A DNA stretch of 64,000 bases from an uncultured Gemmatimonadales bacterium (GCA_963798085.1 CAWCRS010000007.1:1792001-1856000); one strand, 5' to 3'; shown: positions 20,049-29,813, numbered from the stretch's first letter. Notes: generated by a model not told the origin, from the letters alone. Translations and numbers: made by a program.

Positions 20049-20654
20049 CTAGCGGGACACGCTGGGCTCGGAACGGACATGGAAGCGGAGCGGCCAGTCG
20101 CGGGCGCGGGTCACGCCAATACGCGGGCCTACCGCGACCGCCGCATCCGGCAGGTCGGGCGCATCCGCGATCAGCAGTGGTGGCCGGCTCAACGTGTGGC
20201 CATCGAGCGCGCGCGTCACGCCCAGCGCACGGGCCAGGTTGCCCGGGCCGCGGCCGAGCGAAGCCACGTCCCTGCTGCGGGCAGCGCCACGCCGCGCGAT
20301 CATGGTGTCGATGCCGCTGACGGGCGCGATGGCGCGCAGCAGCACGGCGCCGGGAAAGCCGACACGGTCGGTGACGACGTTCAGGCACCAGTGGACGCCG
20401 TAAATGAGGTAGACGTAGGCGGTGCCGGGCGGGCCGAACATGGTGGCATTGCGGGCAGTCCTGCCAATGCGCGCGGCGGCGTGCGACGCGTCGTCGGCAG
20501 GGCCCAGATAGGCTTCGGTTTCCACGATGCGACCGCTGGTCTCGACGCCATCAATCGTCGAGACCAGCTGCTTGCCGAGGAGGGCACGCGCCACCGCAGG
20601 CGAGGGGCGCGCGAAGAAGGCGCGGCGCAGGGTCTTGTACTGCGTGGCCCTCAC
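20049..20654 (-). CDS. mpg: DNA-3-methyladenine glycosylase (AAG/MPG family)
   Basis: GRIVETEAY, MFGPPGTAYVYLIYGVH, GAVLLRA, GPGNL, GPRIGV. Confidence 0.95.
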   Translation of the reverse strand: MRATQYKTLRRAFFARPSPAVARALLGKQLVSTIDGVETSGRIVETEAYLGPADDASHAAARIGRTARNATMFGPPGTAYVYLIYGVHWCLNVVTDRVGFPGAVLLRAIAPVSGIDTMIARRGAARSRDVASLGRGPGNLARALGVTRALDGHTLSRPPLLIADAPDLPDAAVAVGPRIGVTRARDWPLRFHVRSEPSVSR

Positions 20655-22804
20655 GCGCTGTTAGCGGGCGCCCGCTTCCTGCCCCGTCCGCCGCGGCGCC
20701 GTCCACCCCGCCGTCCGCGACCCGGCCCGCGCTCGGCGCCTTCGCCGTTCACAAAGGGCTCGTCATCCGTCAACGCGTTCGCGCCGGGCGGCAGCGTTGC
20801 TTCCACGGCCACCGCGCGCGCCGCCGATTCGGCGCGCCAGCCTTCGATCAGCAGATCGCCACGCTTGGCCCCGAGGATCTCGCGGACACGCTCGGGTGCG
20901 CCGTGCAGCGTCGCGAATACGCGGTCCGCACCCAGCGCATCAACCAGGGACTCGGCCGTCTTGCGACCAATGCCGTGATAGGAGCTGAGGCGAGTGATGA
21001 CGGCCTCGCGATCGGGCGGCGCCGCAGTCGTCGGGCGTGGCCCGGGCGTCGGCGCCGTAGGAGATGCTGCTGCGGACGGCGCTGTTGCAGCGGGTGGTGG
21101 AACCGGTCGGGCGGGCGTCTCCTGACGCACAGGAATGACCTGACCCGCAAGCAGCGGCGGCGTCTCATCGGGGCGACGCCCGCGCGAGCCTCGCCGTGCG
21201 CCGATGGAAGGCGGTGGTGCGGCGGCCGGCCTGGCTGCCGGTGTGGCTGCAGCCGCTGCCGGACCTGCAACCGCGGGTGATGCGGCAGCCGCAACCGCAG
21301 GTGAAGCGGTTGAAGGTGCGGTCTGGGGCGGTGTCACTGGTGCTGCAGGCGTCACAGCTGCCGGCATCGCCGGCACCTGTGCTGGCGCTGGTGCTTCGCG
21401 CGCACTCTCCATCGCGGGCGCGCGCTCATCGTGCTCACGACGTGCGCCGCCACGTTCGCGACGCTCGCCTCGCCGGCCGCGCTCTCGGCGCCGGCCATCA
21501 TCGCGCGCTTCGGCGGCAACAGGCTGTTCTTCTGTCTCTTCCATGATACCGCCGGGCGCACTGCCGGCCGCAGCGACTTCGTAATTGCCGTTGTCCACCT
21601 TGCGCAGATTGATGACCTCGGCATCATGCGCCTGGCGCAGGAAGCGACTGAACTTGCTGAAGCCGAGCTGCGACTCATCCCATTCCGGTTCGAGGTCGCG
21701 CATGCGGCGTTTCACATCGGAATCGCGCACGGCCCGCTCGCCGACGGCGCCCAGATCCGTGGTGGCGCGGCGCAGCAGATCGTACGCGGCACGCAGCTCA
21801 TCGGCGCCGCCCTCGGCTTTCGCGGCGCGTTCACTCGCCGCCGCGGTCTGTCGCCGCGGCTCCGCCGGCGCTTCGCGTGCGGCCTCGGCGACAGGCGGCG
21901 CGGCGCGCTCGGCGCGCTCGGCGCGTTCCACGGGCGCTTCCACGTCCATGTCGCGACCCCGCCGACCGCGGCGGCCGCGTTCGGGGCGCGGTTCACGCTC
22001 ACTGCGGGGCGCGGGCCCATCGCCAGGCGAACCGGCCAGCGCAATCTCGAACTGCCCGTTCTCCAGCTTGTGCAGGTTGATCACGCCGCGATTCGCGGCC
22101 TCGGCGACGAAGCGATTGAACTTGGAGAAGCCCATCGTCTTTTCGTCGAAGTTGGCATCGAGATCGAGCAGCACCTGCTTGAGGCGGTCGGAGCGCATGA
22201 CATCATTATTCGCGACCATCTGCGCCACGGCGACCTCGACCAGCTCCCACGGATCCGCGGTCGGCGCCTGACCATCCTCGCCGGCACGCGTGAGTCCGGT
22301 GAGTGCAGAGTAGGAGTAATACTCGTCGCAGTTCTGCACGAGCAGATCGGATGCCGACTCGCGAATGCCCACGCCCACGACGTACTTGCCGTACTCCTTC
22401 AGCTTGAGCACGAGGCTGCTGAAGTCGGAATCGCCGGAGAGCAGAATGAAGGTCCCGATCTCGGGTCGCGTGAACACCAGCTCGAGCGCATCGATGGAGA
22501 GACGAATGTCCGTCGCGTTCTTCTTCGAGCTGCCGTAGGCAGGCGCGAAGATGAGATCGACCGATGCTTCGGCGAGGGGCACGACGTACTGCGGATAGCG
22601 ACGCCAGTCGGCATAGGCGCGCTGCACAGCCACCTTGCCCTTGATGATGTCGCTGTTGAGGAGATTCTTCAGCTCCTTCGTGATATCGCTGCGTATGCCC
22701 ATCGTGACGTTGTCGAAATCGATGAGGAGCGCAGCGTGGGGAGCGGTAATGGGTGGGCCTGCGGGTTTGGCCTGGTGCGGCGCCCGCGCGAATTGTGCGA
22801 TCAT
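20651..22804 (-). CDS. NYN-domain ribonuclease with LOTUS/OST-HTH domains and a long disordered region
   Basis: LLIDFDNV, RAYADW, KNATDIRLSIDA, SGDSDF; two FDEKxxGFSKF/WDESxLGFSKF LOTUS-like motifs; C-terminal HhH-like GIGRKTA; RG-rich tail. Confidence 0.88.
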   Translation of the reverse strand: MIAQFARAPHQAKPAGPPITAPHAALLIDFDNVTMGIRSDITKELKNLLNSDIIKGKVAVQRAYADWRRYPQYVVPLAEASVDLIFAPAYGSSKKNATDIRLSIDALELVFTRPEIGTFILLSGDSDFSSLVLKLKEYGKYVVGVGIRESASDLLVQNCDEYYSYSALTGLTRAGEDGQAPTADPWELVEVAVAQMVANNDVMRSDRLKQVLLDLDANFDEKTMGFSKFNRFVAEAANRGVINLHKLENGQFEIALAGSPGDGPAPRSEREPRPERGRRGRRGRDMDVEAPVERAERAERAAPPVAEAAREAPAEPRRQTAAASERAAKAEGGADELRAAYDLLRRATTDLGAVGERAVRDSDVKRRMRDLEPEWDESQLGFSKFSRFLRQAHDAEVINLRKVDNGNYEVAAAGSAPGGIMEETEEQPVAAEARDDGRRRERGRRGERRERGGARREHDERAPAMESAREAPAPAQVPAMPAAVTPAAPVTPPQTAPSTASPAVAAAASPAVAGPAAAAATPAARPAAAPPPSIGARRGSRGRRPDETPPLLAGQVIPVRQETPARPVPPPAATAPSAAASPTAPTPGPRPTTAAPPDREAVITRLSSYHGIGRKTAESLVDALGADRVFATLHGAPERVREILGAKRGDLLIEGWRAESAARAVAVEATLPPGANALTDDEPFVNGEGAERGPGRGRRGGRRRGGRGRKRAPANSA

Positions 22805-22861
22805 TTGCCTTGCTGTAAACCCTTTCTGGCGGGCGAAACCCCCTCCTCTCTTCGCTCACCC

Positions 22862-23000
22862 CCGCGGCTCGCTCCGGCGGGCGTTGCCCGGCGATGCGAC
22901 CTGAGCGGCTGGGTGGTCTGCCGCTTCGCGCTGCAACCGTTGCCTCGAGGCGGACGGTGCACGAACCGCGGCAGGCGCGAGACGAGTGAGGGAGTCTCGC
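22862..23000 (-). promoter_or_regulatory. Candidate structured RNA element upstream of the NYN gene
   Basis: 10-bp closing helix enclosing three hairpins, plus an upstream 7-bp hairpin; G-U pair favours the - strand. Confidence 0.4.
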
Positions 23001-23006
23001 TGTGAT

Positions 23007-24608
23007 TCAGGTCCGGCGACTCGATTCCTCGGCGCTGACCATGCGCGCCAGTTCGATTCGCCGGATCTTCCCGCTCCCCGTGAGCGGGAAAGCATCAAAG
23101 AAGCGGACCAGGTCCGGGACCTTGTAGTCCGCGAGAGCGCCACGGCACCAGTCCTTGATCTCTTCACCTGTGATGATGGCGCCTTCAACGGGCATGATGC
23201 AGGCGCACACGCGCTCGCCCAGCACGTCGTCGGGCACCCCTACCACCACGGCTTCCAGAACGGCCGGGTGCGCCTGCAACCGGTCTTCGACTTCGCGCGG
23301 ATACACATTGAATCCGCCACGAATGATCAGTTCCTTGCGGCGGCCGACGATGTGCACGTAGCCATCTTCGTCGACCATGCCCAGGTCGCCGGTCAGGAAG
23401 AAGCCGTCGCTGTCGAACGCGTGCGAGGTTTCGCCCGGCTGCCGGTAATACCCCTTCATGACGCTGGGCCCGCGCACCGCGAGTTCGCCCAGGCTCTCTT
23501 CCGGCAACACCGTGCCATCCAGATCGAGGGTGCGCAGCTCCGTGCCCGGGAATGGCCGGCCCACGGTGAAGAACTGCTTCTCGAGCGGATCGTCGGGCCG
23601 CGTCATGGCGATGGCGGATGCCGTCTCGGTCAGCGAATAGGCGACGCACAGGTTGGGGCAGAAATCCTGACGGATGCGGCGCACCAGATCATCACTGATG
23701 GGGGCACCGGCGACAATGCCGGCTCGAAGCGAACTCAGATCGCGGCGGGAACGTCCTGCTTCACGGATCTCGGTCACATACGCCGTGGGAACTCCATAAT
23801 GCACGGTTACCCGATGCCGCTCGATCAGTTCCAGCGCCTCGGCCGGATCATGCTGTTCCTGGAGCACCAGCGAAGCGCCGGCCATCATGGTGCCGAGGAT
23901 GCCGGGACCCAGGCCGAAAACATGGAAGACCGTGGCAATGCCGAAGACCACATCGTCCGCCGTCAGGCTGATGCTGTCGACGGTCGCGGCGGCGGCGCGC
24001 AGAACGTTGCCGTGTGTCAGCTCGACGCCTTTCGGCTTGCCGGTCGTGCCCGACGTGTAGAGAATCGCGAACACGTCGTTTGCCGGATCGATCACGGGCT
24101 CGGGCAGTTCCCGGCCTTCGCCACTCGAGAGCAGGTCCTCGAACTGATAGATGCGGTCGTCGTACCAGAGGTCCTCTTCGCCCACGGTCACCACGTACTG
24201 CAGGTCGGGCAGCGAAGCGAGCAGTCCCTCGAAGAGCTGGAGATAGTCAATGCCGCCGAAATTCTCCGCGCTGATGACTACCGCGGCTTCGGAATGGCGC
24301 AGCATGTACTGCAGCTCGGGCACGGTGTAGCGCGGATTGAGCGGCACCATGATCGCGCCCAGGCGGGCGGCCGCAAACATCGAGAGGATGAACTCGGGCC
24401 AGTTGGGCAGGTCGATCGCGATGCGGTCGCCTTTGCCGATGCCCAGCTCGTGCAGCGCGGCCGCCAGCGCACCCGCCTTCTGGTCCAGCTGCGCGTACGT
24501 CAGGCGCCGATCGCCGAACATCAGGAAGGTGCGGTCGTGGCATTCCACGCCCATGCGACGCACGACGTCAGCGACGGACTGCCCGGCCATGCGCGTGCTC
24601 AGCGTCAT
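23007..24608 (-). CDS. Acyl-CoA synthetase (AMP-forming), long-chain fatty acid-CoA ligase family
   Basis: LYTSGTTGKPKG, YSLTET, TGDLG, GRRKELIIRGGFNVYPREVE, PLTGSGKI. Confidence 0.93.
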   Translation of the reverse strand: MTLSTRMAGQSVADVVRRMGVECHDRTFLMFGDRRLTYAQLDQKAGALAAALHELGIGKGDRIAIDLPNWPEFILSMFAAARLGAIMVPLNPRYTVPELQYMLRHSEAAVVISAENFGGIDYLQLFEGLLASLPDLQYVVTVGEEDLWYDDRIYQFEDLLSSGEGRELPEPVIDPANDVFAILYTSGTTGKPKGVELTHGNVLRAAAATVDSISLTADDVVFGIATVFHVFGLGPGILGTMMAGASLVLQEQHDPAEALELIERHRVTVHYGVPTAYVTEIREAGRSRRDLSSLRAGIVAGAPISDDLVRRIRQDFCPNLCVAYSLTETASAIAMTRPDDPLEKQFFTVGRPFPGTELRTLDLDGTVLPEESLGELAVRGPSVMKGYYRQPGETSHAFDSDGFFLTGDLGMVDEDGYVHIVGRRKELIIRGGFNVYPREVEDRLQAHPAVLEAVVVGVPDDVLGERVCACIMPVEGAIITGEEIKDWCRGALADYKVPDLVRFFDAFPLTGSGKIRRIELARMVSAEESSRRT

Positions 24609-24727
24609 TCGGCCCGTTGCTCTCCCTTCGTGGTCGCGGTCGGCTCGGTTTCCGGCGGGCAGGGCGCCGCCGCGCACGTCGTCGCCAAGATAGTCGCCCC
24701 CCTGCGACCCGTCAAAGCTCCACGCCG

Positions 24728-25882
24728 CTATCGCGCCATGCCCGGCGCGTCGTTCTCCAGCGCCGCACGGAGTGCTTCAGGCGACGCTTCGAACGTCCAC
24801 TCGCCGGCGCGACTCTGCGCCGCCCGGCCGGGCTCGGCCAGCAGCGCGTAGCGCACGCGTGACGCGCGTCCTTTCTTGTCCGTGCGCGTGGCGGCAATGA
24901 GCACGTCCGCGTGCACGCCGTCCGGCAGTTCGACGGGCAGACCGCATCGCTGCAGCAGCACGCGCACCAGTGCCGCCGTGCCGGGACGGGTCACACCGAG
25001 CGACTCGCCCAGCCGGCTCTCTGCCACCATACCGATGGCAACGGCGAATCCGTGCGGTACGGCAAAGTCCGTGACGCGCTCCAGCGCGTGCGCGATCGTG
25101 TGACCGAAGTTCAGCGTGGCGCGGGCGCCGGTCTCCAGCGTATCGAGGGCGACAATGCCCGCCTTGATCTCGACGGAGCGTCGAATCAGCTGCGTGAGCG
25201 CGGACTCATCGTGCTGGCGGATGGCACCCGCGCGCTGCTCCAGCCACGCGACGTCGGCCTCGCCAGCGAGCAGCGCGTGCTTCACCGCTTCGGCGAGGCC
25301 GGCGCGGAAGTGATCGTCCGGCAGCGAGCGCAACGTCTCCGGATCCATCACCACGAGTCGAGGCTGACGGAACGCGCCCACCAGGTTCTTTCCCGCCGGC
25401 ACATCGACGGCCGTCTTGCCACCGACCGATGCATCGATCATGGCGAGCAGCGAGGTTGGCACCTGCACACAGGGCACGCCGCGCAGGTATGTGGCGGCAA
25501 CGAAGCCGGCCAGATCGCCGGTGACGCCGCCGCCCAGCGCGACGATGCAGCAGTCCCGGCCGAAGCCGCGATCCAGCAGCTCGTCCGTGAGCTTCGCCCA
25601 GGTGCCCCGCGTCTTGCTCGCCTCGCCGGCGGGAAACTCGAACACTTCGCTAGGAAGTCCGGCGGCACTCGCTGCCGTCGCCACCGGTCGTGCGTAGCGC
25701 GACGACACATGATCGTCCGCGATCAGGGCGTAGCGGTGTGCCGGGACGTGCGCACGCAACAGCTCGGGAAGACGGGCCAGCAGACCCGCGCCGATCAGCG
25801 CATCGTAGGGTCCGCCGGTTTCCGCAGCGGCCGCCACACGAACGCGAAGCGGTGCACTGGATGCCGAGTCGCCGGAGTGCAT
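24728..25882 (-). CDS. aroB: 3-dehydroquinate synthase
   Basis: GEASK, ALGGGVTGDLAGF, PTSLLAMIDASVGGKT, LNFGHTIAHA, HGFAVAIG, DKK. Confidence 0.96.
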   Translation of the reverse strand: MHSGDSASSAPLRVRVAAAAETGGPYDALIGAGLLARLPELLRAHVPAHRYALIADDHVSSRYARPVATAASAAGLPSEVFEFPAGEASKTRGTWAKLTDELLDRGFGRDCCIVALGGGVTGDLAGFVAATYLRGVPCVQVPTSLLAMIDASVGGKTAVDVPAGKNLVGAFRQPRLVVMDPETLRSLPDDHFRAGLAEAVKHALLAGEADVAWLEQRAGAIRQHDESALTQLIRRSVEIKAGIVALDTLETGARATLNFGHTIAHALERVTDFAVPHGFAVAIGMVAESRLGESLGVTRPGTAALVRVLLQRCGLPVELPDGVHADVLIAATRTDKKGRASRVRYALLAEPGRAAQSRAGEWTFEASPEALRAALENDAPGMAR

Positions 25883-26108
25883 GCCGCGGAAGGTATCCCC
25901 CGCGGCCCGCACGCAGCAACGAAACGCACACGACTCTCTTCCGTTCAGGTGGCAGCGTTGCTACCTTTCGTGCGCGCGAGCGCTGCGGCGTCGGCGTCGG
26001 CGAAAAGGGAGAAGCATCGACGTCCACGGTTGGATGTCGAACAGGTCGCGTTCTGCGAGGTCAGCGGGCGCGTTTTTTCATAGGGCACGCGAGGGCACGC
26101 AAGGAAAA

Positions 26109-27152
26109 ATGCGAATCGGCTTCGCGTTCAATCAGAAGCCACCGTCCGACAGCGAGTCTTCCGAGGAGCCTCCCAGTCCCGCTCCTGCCGGCAATGACCG
26201 GTACGCGGAGTGGGACGATCCAGAGACGATCGCTGCGGTCGAGAGCGCGCTGCGCTCTGCCGGTACGGTGATTCGTCTGGAAGCCGACACTTCGTTTCCC
26301 GCCCGCCTGCTCGAAACCAGGCCCGACATCGTCTTCAACATTGCCGAAGGTCTGAACGGACCGAGTCGCGAAGCGCACGTCCCCGCCATCTGCGAGTTCT
26401 TCGGCGTGCCGCACACGGCGAGCGGACCGCTCACGCTCTGCCTGGCGCTGGACAAGCGGCGCGCCAAGGAGATCTTCCGGGCGCACGACATTCCCACGCC
26501 ACGCTGGACGGTGCTGCACGGGCGCACGTCGCTGAACGGCGGCCCGCCGGGTGCCGGGCCCTGGATGGTGAAGCCGCTGTACGAGGGATCGAGCAAGGGC
26601 ATCTCGATTGCCTCGCTCTGCGAAACGCGGGCGGAAGTCAGCCAGCGTGCGGAAGCGGTGCTCGCAGAATACGCGCAGCCCGCGCTGGTCGAGGAATTCC
26701 TGTCCGGCCGCGAATTCACCGTGGGCGTACTGGGTAACGGCAGGGCAGCGCGCGCCCTGCCCATCGTCGAGATCCAGCTGGACGCATTGCCGGCCGGTGT
26801 GCCGCGCGTGTTCGGCTGGGAAGCGAAATGGCTCTGGGACACGCCCGGCTCGCAGCTCGACATATTCCGCTGTCCCGCCAATGTCGAGCCGGTTCTGGGC
26901 CGGGCCATTGCCGACACTGCGCTCGCTGCCTATCACGCGTTAGGCTGCCTCGACTGGGCGCGCATTGACCTGCGTCTCAATGCCGCCGGCCTGCCACACG
27001 TGCTCGAGGCGAATCCGCTGCCGGGCATTCTGCCGGACCTTGCGCAGCACTCCTGTCTGCCCGAGGCCGCGCACGCCGCCGGCCTGGCGTACGATCAGCT
27101 CATCCTCAGCGTGCTCGATTTCGCCCTCGAACGCTACGGTATGGCCCGATGA
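26109..27152 (+). CDS. D-Ala-D-Ala ligase-like ATP-grasp protein 1
   Basis: DIVFNIAEG, VKPLYEGSSKGI, EEFLSGREFTV, ARIDLR, LEANPLPG; lacks the Ddl GGxSxE motif. Confidence 0.88.
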   Translation: MRIGFAFNQKPPSDSESSEEPPSPAPAGNDRYAEWDDPETIAAVESALRSAGTVIRLEADTSFPARLLETRPDIVFNIAEGLNGPSREAHVPAICEFFGVPHTASGPLTLCLALDKRRAKEIFRAHDIPTPRWTVLHGRTSLNGGPPGAGPWMVKPLYEGSSKGISIASLCETRAEVSQRAEAVLAEYAQPALVEEFLSGREFTVGVLGNGRAARALPIVEIQLDALPAGVPRVFGWEAKWLWDTPGSQLDIFRCPANVEPVLGRAIADTALAAYHALGCLDWARIDLRLNAAGLPHVLEANPLPGILPDLAQHSCLPEAAHAAGLAYDQLILSVLDFALERYGMAR

Positions 27153-28105
27153 GAATCGCGCTGCTGTTCGACGACGACGCCGTGCACGAGGACGCGCCTC
27201 CGGACGAGGCGTCCGTGCTGACGGTCGTCCGATCGGTGGACGAGGCGCTGCGCGCGCTGGGCCACGAGCCGTTCGCGCTGCCGGTCGATACCGGTCACGC
27301 GTGGCTGCACACGCTGCGCGCGGAACATTGCGACCTGGTCTTCAATCTGTGCGAAGCGGTGGGCGGACGCGCGGAGCTGGAGCCCGCTGTCGCCGCGCTG
27401 GTCGAGCTGCTGGGCATGCCCATGACCGGCTGCTCGGCCGAGACAATCGGCCTGGCACGGCGCAAGGACCGGGTTAACGCCGTGCTTGCGGGCGCCGGTC
27501 TGCCGGTGCCCGCCTGGATGCGTGCGGATCACGAGCGCGTGCGCGACTGGGACCGCTTCCCTGCCATTGTCAAGCCGGCCGGCGAAGACGCCTCCGTCGG
27601 CATTCACCAGACTTCGGTGGCGAGCGACGACATCGCGCTGGAGCGAGCCCTGCGTTCCGCCCGCAGTTTCGGCCCGCTCATCATCCAGGAGTACATCGAG
27701 GGGCGCGAGTTCAATGTCGGCTTTCTCGACTGCCTGACACTGCCCGTCTCGGAAATCGACTTCGCGCAAATGCCCGACGATTACTGGCGCATCGTCAGCT
27801 ACAATGCGAAGTGGGCGGTGGGCTCGATCGATGATGTCGGTTCGCAGCCGCGCTGTCCCGCGCCCATTGCGGACGACACGGCGGCTCGGCTGGCCGCACT
27901 GGCCGGGGACGCGTGGCGATCGGTCGACGGGCGAGGCTATGGTCGCGTCGATCTGCGCGTCGACCTGAATGGCCAGCCGTGGCTGCTGGAAGTGAATCCC
28001 AATCCCGACCTCTCGACCAATGCCGGTCTCGCGCGCATGGCGAGTGCCGCGGGCATCGACTACACCAGTCTCGTCGGCCGCATCATCGAGGCGGCCCTGG
28101 CATGA
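27149..28105 (+). CDS. D-Ala-D-Ala ligase-like ATP-grasp protein 2
   Basis: DLVFNLCE, IVKPAGEDASVGI, QEYIEGREFNV, YGRVDLR, LLEVNPNP. Confidence 0.88.
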   Translation: MRIALLFDDDAVHEDAPPDEASVLTVVRSVDEALRALGHEPFALPVDTGHAWLHTLRAEHCDLVFNLCEAVGGRAELEPAVAALVELLGMPMTGCSAETIGLARRKDRVNAVLAGAGLPVPAWMRADHERVRDWDRFPAIVKPAGEDASVGIHQTSVASDDIALERALRSARSFGPLIIQEYIEGREFNVGFLDCLTLPVSEIDFAQMPDDYWRIVSYNAKWAVGSIDDVGSQPRCPAPIADDTAARLAALAGDAWRSVDGRGYGRVDLRVDLNGQPWLLEVNPNPDLSTNAGLARMASAAGIDYTSLVGRIIEAALA

Positions 28106-28671
28106 GCGCAGACGGCGAATCGAAGCCGCTGGCGTCGCCGCGCATCGCCCGGCTGCGCCCCCAGCACCGCGAGGCGGTCGTAGAAATACTGCGCGACACC
28201 GGTGTCTTCCTGCCGTTCGAGATCGACACCGCACTCGAAGTTCTCGATGCCTATCTGGATCAGCCCGACCAGGATTACTTCGCCCTGGGCGCCTTCACCC
28301 CGGATGGAAGCCTGGCCGGATATGTCTGCTATGGTCCCACGCCCTGCACGGCCGGCACCTGCGATCTGTACTGGATCGCGGTGTCACCCCGCGTGCAGAA
28401 CGGCGGGATCGGGACGCTCCTGCTGCTGGAGGTGGAACGAAGGTTGGCCCGATCGGGTGCACGACTCGTGATCATCGAGACCTCTTCTCTGCCGCGCTAC
28501 GAGGCCACCCGCGCCTTCTACCTGCGACGAGGATACGAGATGGTGGCACGGGTCCCGGACTTCTATGCAAATGGCGACGATCGCCTGATCTACGTCAAAA
28601 GAATTCGGACATCCGATACGAGGCCAAAGCGCAAATGGAAACCTGGCAGGAAATCCTCAGGCAAAGCCTGA
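28102..28671 (+). CDS. GNAT family N-acetyltransferase
   Basis: DLYWIAVSPRVQNGGIGT (motif A), IETSS, RAFYLRRGY, DFYA. Confidence 0.9.
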   Translation: MSADGESKPLASPRIARLRPQHREAVVEILRDTGVFLPFEIDTALEVLDAYLDQPDQDYFALGAFTPDGSLAGYVCYGPTPCTAGTCDLYWIAVSPRVQNGGIGTLLLLEVERRLARSGARLVIIETSSLPRYEATRAFYLRRGYEMVARVPDFYANGDDRLIYVKRIRTSDTRPKRKWKPGRKSSGKA

Positions 28672-29759
28672 CAACGGTCGACGAGCTGGTCGACCGCTTC
28701 GGAGAGGCAAACGTCGACCGGGACGCGGTGCAGCGTGCCATCGACCGCTTCAACCTGCGCATCACGCCGGCCGTACTGGCGCGGATCCAGACGCCGGGCG
28801 ATGCCTTCTGGCGCCAGTACGTGCCCAGCGCGGAGGAGAACGAGGTGATCGACGGCATCGTCGATTCCCTGGACGAGGATGCCGACTCGCCCGTGCCCAA
28901 CATAACACACCGTTATCCGGACCGCGTGCTCTTCCTGGTCTCGCCCGTGTGCGCCGCGTACTGTCGCTTCTGCACGCGCCGGCGCAAGGTGGGCGACCCC
29001 GAGAAGATCCCGCTCAACCAGTTCGACTCGGCATTCGCGTATCTGCGCCAGCACACGGAAGTGCGCGATGTGGTGATGTCGGGCGGCGATCCCTTTCTGC
29101 TCTCGGACCGGCGCATCGAATTCTTCCTGAAGACGCTGCGCGAGATCCCGCACCTCGAGATCCTGCGCATTCACTCGCGCGTGCCGTCGCACCTGCCCGA
29201 GCGCATCACGCAGGCATTGTGCGACATCATCCGCAAGTATCATCCGGTCTACGTGAACCTGCATTTCAACCACCCGGACGAGCTTACGCCGCAGACACTG
29301 CGCGCCGTGGGCATGCTGGCCGATGCCGGCATACCGCTGGGCTCGCAGACCGTCCTGCTGAAGGGCGTGAACGACGATGCGCGCGTCATGAAGGAGCTGA
29401 TGCAGAAGCTCGTACGCGCGCGCATCCGCCCGTATTACATCTATCAGGCTGATGTGGTGGCCGGCGGCGAGCACTTCCGCACCGCGGTCGAGAAAGGTCT
29501 CGAGATCATCCGCGCCCTGCGCGGCTGGACCAGTGGCCTGGCCGTCCCGCACTTCGTGATCGACGCGCCGGGCGGCGGCGGCAAGATTCCGCTGCTGCCC
29601 GAATACGTGGAGTCCATTACCAGCGAAGAGATCGTGCTGCGCAACTACGCCGGCGAGGTATTCCGTTATCCGCTGCCGCAGGACGGCCCCGCGGTCGCCC
29701 ACAACGGCCCGCGCAACGGACGCCGGCCCGGCGAAGACTTCGCGTTCATGGACCTTTAG
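28635..29759 (+). CDS. kamA: KamA-family radical SAM lysine 2,3-aminomutase-like protein
   Basis: THRYPDRVL, CAAYCRFCTRRR, SGGDP, HFNHPDE, QTVLLKGVND, DAPGGGGKIP. Confidence 0.93.
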   Translation: METWQEILRQSLTTVDELVDRFGEANVDRDAVQRAIDRFNLRITPAVLARIQTPGDAFWRQYVPSAEENEVIDGIVDSLDEDADSPVPNITHRYPDRVLFLVSPVCAAYCRFCTRRRKVGDPEKIPLNQFDSAFAYLRQHTEVRDVVMSGGDPFLLSDRRIEFFLKTLREIPHLEILRIHSRVPSHLPERITQALCDIIRKYHPVYVNLHFNHPDELTPQTLRAVGMLADAGIPLGSQTVLLKGVNDDARVMKELMQKLVRARIRPYYIYQADVVAGGEHFRTAVEKGLEIIRALRGWTSGLAVPHFVIDAPGGGGKIPLLPEYVESITSEEIVLRNYAGEVFRYPLPQDGPAVAHNGPRNGRRPGEDFAFMDL

Positions 29760-29813
29760 GGAACTACGGCTACAGCGTTGCTGGGGCTGGTTGCCGGGGA
29801 ACGCCGTCCGATC

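Noticed and set aside
26109..28105. Housekeeping ddl or van-type resistance ligases
   Set aside because: Both lack the D-Ala subsite motif, and there are no dcw or vanHX/RS genes nearby.
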